Positions 1-10,809 of a DNA stretch of 64,000 bases are shown here, one piece after another. Source of the stretch: an uncultured Gemmatimonadaceae bacterium (lineage in GTDB: Bacteria > Gemmatimonadota > Gemmatimonadetes > Gemmatimonadales > Gemmatimonadaceae); assembly GCA_963781585.1 (NCBI GenBank), contig CAWAGQ010000004.1, positions 480,001 to 544,000 of the forward strand, given 5' to 3'. A model generated the notes under the pieces. It searched no databases and was not told the DNA's origin. It saw only the letters and a list, made by a program, of their open reading frames with translations. Position numbers and translations under genes: made by a program. The stretch's first letter is position 1, and every line of letters starts with the position of its first letter.

Positions 1-330
1 GCGATGGCGTCGCAATTCGAACAACAGCGAGCCGACGTTGGCGTTCGGGTGTAGCATCACCAGCAACAGCGCGTCGGATGTGAGGGACGACACGAGGACC
101 ACGCCTCGCTCGAACTCGAGTACGGCGGTGACGAAGCCGCCGCGCGACGCAGCCTGGCCGAAGGCTTCACTGGAAGCGACGATCGCCGGGGCGAGCGCCG
201 CGAGGTGCTCCCCGTCCAGGTCCTGCGCGGTTCGTCCCTCGATGAGCAGGCCGTCGGCTCCCAATACGACGGCTGCTTCGACGCCCTCGCGTTGTGAGAT
301 GACTCGAACAAGGTCCCGTATGGTCGGCAT
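1..330 (-). CDS. Roadblock/LC7 (MglB-like) domain protein, truncated at the left window edge
   Basis: Not in the ORF track because it runs off the edge. Manual translation from ATG at 330: MPTIRDLVRVISQREGVEAAVVLGADGLLIEGR...LAALAPAIV...VLEFERGVVLVSSL...NANVGSLLFELRR, a typical roadblock pattern (GV..AVV...DGL.I; N.G.L..E). Confidence 0.8.
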   Translation of the reverse strand, partial: MPTIRDLVRVISQREGVEAAVVLGADGLLIEGRTAQDLDGEHLAALAPAIVASSEAFGQAASRGGFVTAVLEFERGVVLVSSLTSDALLLVMLHPNANVGSLLFELRRHR

Positions 331-355
331 CCCGGATCCGGCGTCAATCGTGCGA

Positions 356-425
356 AGCATAACGGGGGACAAAGTGAAGTCAAGCAAGCAATCGCTTGAA
401 GTTACGCAGGTTAGGAGGTTACTCT
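356..425. promoter_or_regulatory. Candidate divergent sigma70-type promoter pair
   Basis: Minus: TTGACT (383-378), 16 bp, TATGCT (361-356). Plus: TTGAAG (396-401), 18 bp, TACTCT (420-425). Confidence 0.4.
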
Positions 426-430
426 ACGCC

Positions 431-1036
431 GTGCGTTCCGCTTCCCTAGTGACCCGCCACACGCTGGCGCGCGCCCGACTTTCTCTGTTGTGTCTCGCGG
501 TCGCCGGGCTCACCGGGGTCGCCGCCTGCAGCGATCCCTTCGCGCTCACGGCCAGTTCGGAGGTGAACACCGACACGCTCGCGGTGTTCGCCATCACGGG
601 TACTCCGCTGGGCTTCCCGGCAGCACTCAACACCACGCTGCGCACCCTGGTTCGCGTGGATCCGACGTTCGATTTCGACATCGCCTTCGACATCGACACC
701 CAGGGCCACACAGTTCTGATTCCAGTGCGGCTGGTTGGCGGCACGGCCACGTCGACCCGACAGGTCGGCCTGCAGAAGCTCGCGGTGCCCTTCGACGAGA
801 TGACGCTCGCGCCCACCACGGGATATGTCTACGACTCCACCCGCGTGCTGAACGACGGAGAGGCGGTGGTGATTCAGGCCCAGAGCGACCAGTGCACGTT
901 GTTCGCGAGCACCTTTCTGTACAGCAAACTGGCGATCGACAGCGTGAACGTCGCGAGGCGCGAGATCTTCTTCCGCCTGGTGCACGACCCCGACTGCTCT
1001 TTCCGGTCGCTCGCGCCGGGCATTCCAACCCGATAG
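431..1036 (+). CDS. Hypothetical lipoprotein
   Basis: 3' part of ORF 38..1036. Basic N-terminus, hydrophobic stretch and lipobox-like LTGVAA-C. GTG start at 431 is inferred; stop is 2 nt before serS. Confidence 0.7.
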   Translation: MRSASLVTRHTLARARLSLLCLAVAGLTGVAACSDPFALTASSEVNTDTLAVFAITGTPLGFPAALNTTLRTLVRVDPTFDFDIAFDIDTQGHTVLIPVRLVGGTATSTRQVGLQKLAVPFDEMTLAPTTGYVYDSTRVLNDGEAVVIQAQSDQCTLFASTFLYSKLAIDSVNVARREIFFRLVHDPDCSFRSLAPGIPTR

Positions 1037-1038
1037 CC

Positions 1039-2313
1039 ATGCACGACATGCGCATGCTCCGCGACCAGCTCGACGTGTTGCGGAGCGGGATGCGTCGGCG
1101 CGGGAAGCTGGATGCGTACGAGGCAGTGCTCGAGCGCGCGGCGGCGCTGGATGGTGAGCGCCGCGTGACGATCCAGGCGGTCGAGGAGCGAAAGGCCGCC
1201 CGCAACAGCACGTCGCAGGAAGTGGCGCGACGCAAGCGCACCGGCGAGGACGCGGCGGTGCTGATCCAGCGCGGACGCGAGCTGGGAGAGGAGATCGCGC
1301 GCCTGGAGGAGGAGCTGGCCCGGATCGAGACCGAGTTGCGGGACATCCTGCTCGGCCTGCCGAATCTCACGCTCGAAGACGTGCCGGAAGGTGGGGAAGA
1401 GGCCGGTCGGGTGGAGAAGACGTGGGGAGAACCACGCCCCTCCGACGGGGTCCGGCCCCATTGGGAAATCGGCGAGGCGTTAGGCATCCTCGACCTGCCG
1501 CGCGGCGCGAAGATCAGCGGGTCGGGGTTCATCGTCTTCCGGGGACTCGGCGCCCGACTGACGCGCGCCCTGCTCAACCTGTTCGTTGACGTCCACGTCG
1601 GGGAGCACGGCTACGAGGAACTGTGGGTGCCGGTGATCGTGAATCGTGCCACCATGCTGGGAACCGGGCAGCTGCCCAAGTTCGAGGATGACCTGTACGC
1701 GTTGCGGGAGGAAGATCTGTTCCTAGTTCCGACCGCCGAGGTGCCGGTCACGAACCTGTACCGCGACGAGGTGATCGACGGGGCCACGCTGCCCAGAGGC
1801 TTCGTGGCGTATTCGCCGTGCTTCCGCCGCGAAGCGGGTGCAGCCGGCAGGGACACCCGCGGCCTGCTTCGCGTGCACGAGTTCGACAAGGTGGAACTCG
1901 TGCGCTACTGCGCGCCTGAGGACGGGGCCGGCGAGCACGAACGCCTCACGCGCCACGCCGAATCGCTGCTGGAGCGTCTCGGACTACCCTATCGCCGGGT
2001 GCTTCTGGCGGCTGGCGACACCGGGTTCTCCGCCGCCAAGACGTGGGACCTCGAGATCTGGGCGCCCGGAGTGGGAAGCTGGCTCGAGGTCTCCTCCTGC
2101 AGCACGTGCACCGACTTCCAGGCTCGCCGCGCCAACATCCGCTACCGTCCGGGGCCCGGCGAAAAGCCACGCTTCGTCCACACGCTCAATGGTTCGGGTC
2201 TCGCGTTTCCGCGGGTGATCGCCGGCCTGCTCGAGCACTACCAGCGGGCCGACGGCACGGTCGCTGTTCCGGACGTGCTGCGACCGTATCTGGGCGCCGA
2301 CGAACTTCGCTGA
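1039..2313 (+). CDS. serS: Seryl-tRNA synthetase
   Basis: MHDMRMLRD start, coiled-coil arm, TGQLPKF, PTAEVP, FRREAG...RVHEFDKVE, EVSSCS..TDFQARR, HTLNGSGLA. Confidence 0.97.
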   Translation: MHDMRMLRDQLDVLRSGMRRRGKLDAYEAVLERAAALDGERRVTIQAVEERKAARNSTSQEVARRKRTGEDAAVLIQRGRELGEEIARLEEELARIETELRDILLGLPNLTLEDVPEGGEEAGRVEKTWGEPRPSDGVRPHWEIGEALGILDLPRGAKISGSGFIVFRGLGARLTRALLNLFVDVHVGEHGYEELWVPVIVNRATMLGTGQLPKFEDDLYALREEDLFLVPTAEVPVTNLYRDEVIDGATLPRGFVAYSPCFRREAGAAGRDTRGLLRVHEFDKVELVRYCAPEDGAGEHERLTRHAESLLERLGLPYRRVLLAAGDTGFSAAKTWDLEIWAPGVGSWLEVSSCSTCTDFQARRANIRYRPGPGEKPRFVHTLNGSGLAFPRVIAGLLEHYQRADGTVAVPDVLRPYLGADELR

Positions 2314-2314
2314 T

Positions 2315-3469
2315 ATGCGTCGCGGCGCCATCGCGCTGGTGGTGATCAGCGTCGTGCTCGTACTGACCTCGTACGTGGTGTACACCCAGCGAGTGGCCGC
2401 CGTCCTCCGCTTCGACGCCGAACTGGCGGGGCGAATGTACGCCCAGGTCTATCGCGCGCTGGCTGACACGGCTAACGAATCGCCCACCGCGACGCTGTTC
2501 GATCTGGCGCAGCACATTCGGGAGTCGGGTGTTCCGATGATTCTCACCGACCGCGAGGGGCGGCCGCAATACGCCGCCAATCTGCCGTTCGACGCCGGAA
2601 CCGACGCACGCACCGATCCGCGCGTGCAGGCCTGGGTCGCCCGCCTCGACGCCGAGAACAGGCCCGTAGTGGAGCCGAACGTTGGTACGGTGATTCATTT
2701 CGGACATACACCGCTGGTCCAGCGCCTGCGGATCATCCCGGTACTCCAGGCGGGTACGCTCGCCATCCTGCTGCTGGTTGGCGTTTACCTGTTGCGCACC
2801 CGTGCCCACGCCGAGCGCGAACGAGTGTGGGCGGGGATGGCGCGCGAGTCCGCGCACCAGCTTGGTACGCCACTGTCCAGCCTCGGGGGCTGGATCGAGC
2901 TCCTCCGTGATCGCGGCGGAGGTCCGGAAATGGAGCGCGCGTTGGGTCACATGACGGGCGACGTGGAGCGCCTGGAGCGAGTGGCGCATCGCTTCGAGCG
3001 CATCGGGCGGCCGCCGCAGCGCGAGACGTTCGATCTCACCGCCATCGTCGATCATGTGGCGCAGTACTTCGCCGTGCGACTCCCGACCCTTGCGAACAGC
3101 GTGACGATGTCGCGGCGCTACGACGACGGTCCTGTCGAGGTGCAGGGCGACGCGGTGCTGGTGGAATGGGCCGTTGAGGCGCTGGTGAAGAACGCCGTGG
3201 ATGCCCTGGCCGGGCGAGGCGGCGCCATCGAGGTTGCCTGCACCCGGCTGCCGGAAGGGGCGGCACGGGTGCGCGTTTCGGATGACGGACCGGGCATCCC
3301 ACGCGAACTGCGCCGCCGCATTTTCGAGGCGGGGTTCTCCACCAAGCAGAGTGGCTGGGGCATCGGCCTCGCGCTGACCCGACGCATCGTCGAGGAGGCG
3401 CATGCGGGTACTCTCACGCTGGTGCCCTCGGAACGCGGAGCAACGTTCGAGATTATTTTCCCCGCATGA
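2315..3469 (+). CDS. Membrane sensor histidine kinase (no cognate regulator adjacent)
   Basis: Two TM segments, H-box ESAHQLGTPLSSL, N-box LVKNAVDA, DDGPGI, F-box GFSTK, G2 GWGIGL. Confidence 0.92.
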   Translation: MRRGAIALVVISVVLVLTSYVVYTQRVAAVLRFDAELAGRMYAQVYRALADTANESPTATLFDLAQHIRESGVPMILTDREGRPQYAANLPFDAGTDARTDPRVQAWVARLDAENRPVVEPNVGTVIHFGHTPLVQRLRIIPVLQAGTLAILLLVGVYLLRTRAHAERERVWAGMARESAHQLGTPLSSLGGWIELLRDRGGGPEMERALGHMTGDVERLERVAHRFERIGRPPQRETFDLTAIVDHVAQYFAVRLPTLANSVTMSRRYDDGPVEVQGDAVLVEWAVEALVKNAVDALAGRGGAIEVACTRLPEGAARVRVSDDGPGIPRELRRRIFEAGFSTKQSGWGIGLALTRRIVEEAHAGTLTLVPSERGATFEIIFPA

Positions 3470-5742
3470 CGTCATTGCGGCTTCACGGGGACCTGCTCGC
3501 CGGACTCAATCCTGCCCAGCGCGAGGCGGTCCTTCACGTCGAGGGACCACTGCTGGTGCTTGCCGGCGCGGGCTCCGGCAAGACACGGGTGTTGACGACC
3601 CGCATCGCGCGGCTCATCGAACACCATGACGTGCAGCCGTCGCAGATCCTCGCGGTCACCTTCACCAACAAGGCGGCGGGGGAGATGCGCGGCCGCATCG
3701 CTCGGCTGCTCGGCGACGAACCGGCCGGGATGTGGTGCGGAACTTTCCACGCCATCGGTGCGCGCCTGCTCCGCCGGCATGCGACGCTCGTGGGGCGCAC
3801 GCCGAGCTTCACGATCTACGACGAAGACGACATGCTGGCGGCGGTGAAGCACCTCATGGAGCGGCTGCGCATTTCACCGCGCGAGCACCCGCCGCAGGCC
3901 GTCATCGCATCCATTTCCGATGCCCGCAACGCCCTGGTGACGGCCGCCGAGTACGAACAACTGGCCCTCGATCCGCACAGCCGCGCCGCAGCCCAGGTCT
4001 TCGGGCAACTGGATGCTGCGATGCGCCAGGCCAATGCGGCGGGATTCGACGACCTGCTTGCGCTGCCGGTCGAGCTCTTGCGGTCCAGCGACACGGTGCT
4101 CGCCGAATACCGCCGCCGATTCCGATTCGTGCTGGTCGACGAATACCAGGACACCAACCGGGCACAGTACGAATTCGTTTCCCTCATCGGGCGCGGCTCG
4201 GGCAATGTGGCCGTGGTGGGCGACGACGACCAGTCGATCTATGGCTGGCGGGGCGCGGACATCCGGAATATCCTCGACTTCGAACGCGATTTTGCCGGGG
4301 CCCGTGTCATCCGGCTCGAGGAGAACTATCGCTCCACGCCGCAGATTCTCGACGTCGCGAACGCGGCGATCCGGGCCAACGTCGACCGTAAGGGAAAGAC
4401 GCTGCGGACCACGCGCCCGCCGGGTGACGTGGTGACCGTGGTGGCCGCCCTCGATGACCGCGACGAAGCGGACTTCGTGGTGACAGACATGCAGGCACGA
4501 CGTTTCGGGCCGCGTCCCCGCCATCCGCGGGACATGGCGGTCCTGTATCGCACCAACGCGCAGAGCCGCGCGCTGGAAGAGGCGCTCCGCCGCCACGGTG
4601 TGCCGTACCGCCTGGTGGGCGCCGTACGGTTCTACGACCGCCGGGAGATCCGCGATCTCCTGGCGTACCTGCGCCTTATCGCGAATCCGGCCGACGACGA
4701 GGCCTTCCGGCGCGCGGTGGCGGTGCCGCGCCGCGGTGTCGGCGATGGAACGATCGCGTCGCTCGGGGAAGCGGCTGAGCGATTGGGTGTGCCGATGCTG
4801 CAGGCCGCGACCCAACCCGCGATCAGCGAGGCCCTGCGTCCGGCGGCGCGCGCCGCCCTCGATGAGTTCGCGCGGTGTCTGGCCCGCCTGCGCGCGCGCG
4901 CGCAGGAAGCGCCGGTCGACGAACTCATTCGCGACCTGGTGACGGCGATCGGGTACGAGGAGCACCTTCGTGCCGAGGGTCCCGAGAGCGCGGAACGCCT
5001 GGAGAACGTGCGCGAGCTGATCACCGGCGCAGCCGAGGCGGTGCAGGAAGAAGGAGGCGAGATCGGCCTCACGCCCCTCGATCATTTCCTCCAGCGTGCC
5101 ACGCTCATCACCAGTGTGGACACGCTGGACGCCGGGGCCGACGCGGTCACGCTCATGACGCTGCACAACGCGAAGGGACTGGAATTCCCGGTGGTGTTCA
5201 TCACGGGCCTGGATGAAGGGCTGTTTCCGCTATCGCGTTCACGCGACGATCCCCGTCAGCTGGAGGAGGAGCGACGACTCTTCTACGTCGGAATTACCCG
5301 CGCCGAGGACACGCTGACGCTCTGTCATGCCCGCAGCCGGCGGCGCAACGGGGAATTGCTGCCGTCGCTGCCGTCGAGTTTCCTGGGCGGAATTCCGGAA
5401 TCGCTGGTGCGACAGCGCGCCACCGCCAGGCTGCGTGGGAGCGGACGGTGGTTCGAGCGACCGGGCGCGACGACTCGGCGTCCCGGGTTACCGGCGCCAC
5501 GGCGTCCCGGCGTGCCCGTCACGCGCTGGGAGCCGTCGCCCGTCGACGAGGATGAATCGCAGGATACGCCGCGGTTTGCGCCGGGCGAGCGGGTGAAGCA
5601 TCCGCGATTCGGAAGCGGGACGATTGTGGACCTGTCGGGCACCGGCCGCGACACCAAGGTCACGGTCGATTTTGACGATGAAGAAGTGGGGAGGAAGCGT
5701 CTCGTGGTGGCGTTCGCGGGACTGCAGGCGGGACTGGAATAG
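3466..5742 (+). CDS. pcrA: UvrD/PcrA ATP-dependent DNA helicase
   Basis: LNPAQ, AGAGSGKT, DEYQDTN, GDDDQSIYGWRGA, NYRS, MTLHNAKGLEF, EERRLFYVGITRA, C-terminal Tudor-like HPRFGSG. Confidence 0.96.
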   Translation: MTSLRLHGDLLAGLNPAQREAVLHVEGPLLVLAGAGSGKTRVLTTRIARLIEHHDVQPSQILAVTFTNKAAGEMRGRIARLLGDEPAGMWCGTFHAIGARLLRRHATLVGRTPSFTIYDEDDMLAAVKHLMERLRISPREHPPQAVIASISDARNALVTAAEYEQLALDPHSRAAAQVFGQLDAAMRQANAAGFDDLLALPVELLRSSDTVLAEYRRRFRFVLVDEYQDTNRAQYEFVSLIGRGSGNVAVVGDDDQSIYGWRGADIRNILDFERDFAGARVIRLEENYRSTPQILDVANAAIRANVDRKGKTLRTTRPPGDVVTVVAALDDRDEADFVVTDMQARRFGPRPRHPRDMAVLYRTNAQSRALEEALRRHGVPYRLVGAVRFYDRREIRDLLAYLRLIANPADDEAFRRAVAVPRRGVGDGTIASLGEAAERLGVPMLQAATQPAISEALRPAARAALDEFARCLARLRARAQEAPVDELIRDLVTAIGYEEHLRAEGPESAERLENVRELITGAAEAVQEEGGEIGLTPLDHFLQRATLITSVDTLDAGADAVTLMTLHNAKGLEFPVVFITGLDEGLFPLSRSRDDPRQLEEERRLFYVGITRAEDTLTLCHARSRRRNGELLPSLPSSFLGGIPESLVRQRATARLRGSGRWFERPGATTRRPGLPAPRRPGVPVTRWEPSPVDEDESQDTPRFAPGERVKHPRFGSGTIVDLSGTGRDTKVTVDFDDEEVGRKRLVVAFAGLQAGLE

Positions 5743-6059
5743 TGGCGGTCAGCGAGCGCGACGTCCGCCATGTGGCCGATCTGGCCCGGCTTGGGCTCGA
5801 CCCGGCGCGAATCGCGTCGCTGGTGCGCGAGCTCAATGGAATCCTGGCGCACATGGAAGTGCTGGCAGGCGTGAATCCGGCCGAGTATCAGCACCTGGTG
5901 GAGCAGCGCGGGTCCGCGCTGCCGATGCGGGCCGACGAGGGTCCGCAGATTCCGCTGGCGCGCCCGCGCGAAGAGCTTGCGCCGGAAATGAGGGATGGCT
6001 TCTACCTGGTTCCGCGACTCGCCACCCATGAGGATAGCGGCATGGAGGAGTCGCCATGA
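5742..6059 (+). CDS. gatC: Asp/Glu-tRNA amidotransferase subunit C
   Basis: VRHVADLARL...MRADE...AP..DGFYLVPR; directly upstream of gatA. Confidence 0.93.
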   Translation: MAVSERDVRHVADLARLGLDPARIASLVRELNGILAHMEVLAGVNPAEYQHLVEQRGSALPMRADEGPQIPLARPREELAPEMRDGFYLVPRLATHEDSGMEESP

Positions 6060-7512
6060 CCGGTGATCTGCTGGAGCGCCCCGCCGCCGCACTCGCGGCT
6101 GCCGTCGGATCTGGCGAGGTCACGGCCGCGGCGGCTGTGCGGGCCAACTTCGCGCGCGCCGACGAAGTCGGGGTCGGTCCCGACGGCCTCAATATCGTGC
6201 TGTATCAGGACCGGGAGGCCACGGTTGCCGACGCGGCGCGGTATGACCAGCGCCTCGCGGACGGCGAAACGGCCGGACCGCTGGCCGGCGTCGGCATTGC
6301 GGTCAAGGACAACATCGCGACGCTCGATCTGCAGACCAGCTGCGGGTCGCGGATTCTCGAAGGCTACGTCAGTCCGTTCGAGGCCACCGCGGTGTCGCGC
6401 CTGCGCGCCGCCGGCGCCGTGGTCGTCGCCAAGACCAACATGGACGAATTCGCCATGGGTTCGTCCACCGAGCACAGCGCCTTCGGTCCGGCCCGGAATC
6501 CTCATGATCCCAGCCGTGTGCCGGGTGGGTCGTCCGGTGGCTCGGCGGCGGCAGTGGCCGCCGGAATAGTGCGTATCGCGTTAGGCTCGGAGACCGGAGG
6601 GTCGGTCCGCCAGCCCGCGTCGTTCTGCGGTGTGGTCGGCGTCAAACCGACCTACGGGCGCGTGAGCCGATACGGCCTGGTTGCCTTTGCGTCATCGCTC
6701 GACCATATCGGGGTGTTCGGCCGCACGGTCGACGACGCCGCGCTCGGTCTCAGCATCATCGCCGGCCGCGACTCGTACGACTCGACGAGTGCGGAGCAGC
6801 CGGTGCCCGACTACCGTGCGGCAGCCGGTGAATCGCTGCTGGGCCTGGTGGTCGGACTCCCGAAGGAATACTTCCCGCCGCACCTCGACCCCCGCGTTCG
6901 CGAGCGGTGCATCGCGGCCGCCGACACCCTCCGGTCGCTCGGCGCGGAGGTGCGCGATGTATCGCTGCCGCACACCGACCTCGCCATTCCTGTCTACTAT
7001 ATCGTGGCCCCGGCCGAAGCGTCTTCCAACCTGGCTCGCTTCGACGGCGTGCGATATGGACTGCGGGTGGGGGGCGAGGGGCTGCGCGGCATGTACGAGG
7101 CGACCCGATCGCGCGGCTTCGGACCCGAGGTCACGCGCCGCATTCTGCTCGGGACGTACGTCCTCTCGGCCGGTTACTACGACGCCTATTATCGCAAGGC
7201 GATGGGCGTACGCGCCCTGATCACCGAGGATTTTCTCCGGGTGTTCGCCACTGGGGTCCACGTGCTGCTCACGCCCACCACACCAACCCCCGCGTTCGAG
7301 ATCGGGGCTATCAGCGACCCCTACCAGATGTACCTGAGCGATATCTTCACCGCGACCGCGAATCTGGCCGGTGTGCCGGGCGTGTCGGTGCCGGTGGGGC
7401 GGGTGGATGGACTCCCCGTCGGCGCCCAGTTGATGGCGGCGCACTTCGACGAGTACCGCATGATGAGCGCGGCCTACGCCCTCGAGCGCTCCCTCGGCGC
7501 GGAGAGTGGGTC

Positions 7513-7516
<4 letters not shown>
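6056..7516 (+). CDS. gatA: Asp/Glu-tRNA amidotransferase subunit A
   Basis: [62 protein letters not shown]. Confidence 0.97.
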
Positions 7517-8958
<1,442 letters not shown>

Positions 8959-8965
8959 CGTCCGC

Positions 8966-9913
8966 TCAGGCCGCGCTCGACCGGAACGGCGGGTAGAGCG
9001 GGCGTTGCATCTGATTCGCGTAGGCGAGCGACGAGACGGGCAGGCCGAAATGCCGCGTCGCCTCCGCCACCGCCAGCGTATCGCCGCCGGCCCGGAGCGC
9101 CGCCCGGCGCACGCGCTTGGCCATCCGCAACTGCACTTCCCCCGACGGGTCGAAGCGCATCGGCTCCGCCTTGTCGAGCTGGATCAGGAGATCCATGACG
9201 TAGTCGAATGCCCGAACCAGGTACGCGGAGACCTGATCGTCGGCCAGGTCCCAGCGGCTGCGCTCGAGCATGAGTTGAAAGATGCGTTGCCAGGACTCCA
9301 GGTCGGCCGCGCGCACCATGCCCCGAAAGATGCGCCGATTCGTGGGCGTGCTGAAAATCGTCGGAGAGAGGATGCGGTCCAGGTGCGCGTCGCTGCGACT
9401 GTGGTCGAGGAGGATCAGCTCGCGGGCGCGGCGCGGCGCCCAGTCTCCCAGGTGCGTCTCGAAGCGATTCTCCCAGTAGCTGTGACCGATGCCCACCGTG
9501 CTCGATGTAACCGCGAGTTGATGCGGCACGAAGTAGTTGTGCGCCACGACATCGGCCGCCAGGTGCGCCAGGTACCCGTATGCGAACGCGCGAAGGGGCT
9601 CGTCGCGCGCACGATCCAGGATGTCGAATCCCACCGGCCAGGAGTGCGAGTGGCGACCGGCCGCAGCGTACTTCTTCGCAATGCTCGTGTCAGCGGCAAT
9701 CGACCCATACAGGAAGTCGTAGGGGAAGGCGCGCAGCAGGTCGCCGATGGCCATCGGAAGAATACCGATGATGCGCAACACGGCTTCGCCGAGGTAGACG
9801 TGCGTCCCCGGCGTGAACGCGTACGCGCACGAGGGAACGACAGCGAGCGCCGCGATGCCGGCGACGATCCAGAGCGCGAGACGCCGGGTGCGTCCCACGG
9901 CCCGGCCGCTCAC
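8966..9913 (-). CDS. Zinc-dependent phospholipase C/P1-nuclease family protein, probably exported
   Basis: Signal-peptide-like N-terminus, then A|FTPGTH, GSIAAD, HSH, GYLAHLAADVVAH and H..WE Zn-ligand pattern. Confidence 0.75.
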   Translation of the reverse strand: MSGRAVGRTRRLALWIVAGIAALAVVPSCAYAFTPGTHVYLGEAVLRIIGILPMAIGDLLRAFPYDFLYGSIAADTSIAKKYAAAGRHSHSWPVGFDILDRARDEPLRAFAYGYLAHLAADVVAHNYFVPHQLAVTSSTVGIGHSYWENRFETHLGDWAPRRARELILLDHSRSDAHLDRILSPTIFSTPTNRRIFRGMVRAADLESWQRIFQLMLERSRWDLADDQVSAYLVRAFDYVMDLLIQLDKAEPMRFDPSGEVQLRMAKRVRRAALRAGGDTLAVAEATRHFGLPVSSLAYANQMQRPLYPPFRSSAA

Positions 9914-10530
9914 CTGGGCGGGTCTTCCACGGGAGTACGGATCCCCGGACGCTCTCGTCTATCCTTCTCCCGAGGGCGACGGTCCTCGTCGCGATCGCTC
10001 GAGCGGCGGCGGCGGCGCGCCCGCAGCGCGCCGTTCCCACGGATGAAGAAGAGCGAGCGACGCAGGACCTTGGCGCCTCGCCTCACACCTCGCATCGTGG
10101 ACGCCGCTGAGATCACGAAGTCCTCCGCTTCCTCCTGCGCCACGTCCACGAGTGCGCCAAACCGCCGGATCCGGTCTTCCGCGTGCGCCGCCGCCGCGCG
10201 CAAGCCGTCGTTCACGGAGTGGACGGTTTCGGTGACCTCGTCCACCTCCGTGCGCACCGAGTCGGTCACCCCCTGCACACTCTCGGCGACCTTCCGGATA
10301 CTCTGCGTCGCCAGGGAGATGTCATTCGATGAGGCCTGCAGCAGGCGCTGCACCTCTTCGATACCCTTCGCCACCTTGGCGATCGTGATCACGACCGACA
10401 CCAGGAGCGCGATGAGCAGCAGTGGGACGAGGGCCTGCTCGATCCCGACAAGCACCTGCCACCACGACCGATCGAGAATGACCTTGGTGACCGACGTATC
10501 GGTCTGAGCCGCGTTCTGCAGCAGCCACAT
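9910..10530 (-). CDS. Membrane-anchored coiled-coil protein (DUF948/YtxG-like)
   Basis: One TM segment followed by a heptad-rich helix and a basic tail. Start uncertain (ATG 10530 or 10584); stop overlaps the next gene's start. Confidence 0.65.
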   Translation of the reverse strand: MWLLQNAAQTDTSVTKVILDRSWWQVLVGIEQALVPLLLIALLVSVVITIAKVAKGIEEVQRLLQASSNDISLATQSIRKVAESVQGVTDSVRTEVDEVTETVHSVNDGLRAAAAHAEDRIRRFGALVDVAQEEAEDFVISAASTMRGVRRGAKVLRRSLFFIRGNGALRARRRRRSSDRDEDRRPREKDRRERPGIRTPVEDPPR

Positions 10531-10809
10531 GGACCACGGCACTGATAAGACCAGGACCATTGATGCTCCCATGCCGACGGTCAATCAGAATGCGCGAGAC
10601 GCGACCGGTGCGGGCGCGGCTCTCGCTGCATCAAGGTATCGCCACTGCGTACCGAGTGCCGCCATCCAGATCCAGAGTGGAACGTCGGCGCTCTCCCGAC
10701 AGCATCAAAGAGGTGGTTTGATCGTAACCCCCCACGAAAACCGAAGTCAAGCGACGACTTGAAGATACGCTCCCGCGCCCGACATCTTTCCTCCCCCGAT
10801 CGAACCCTC

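Noticed and set aside
38..430. N-terminal extension of ORF 38..1036 (also upstream extensions of serS, gatB, lpxA and clpC)
   Set aside because: They overlap real genes; homology and signal peptides begin at downstream starts.
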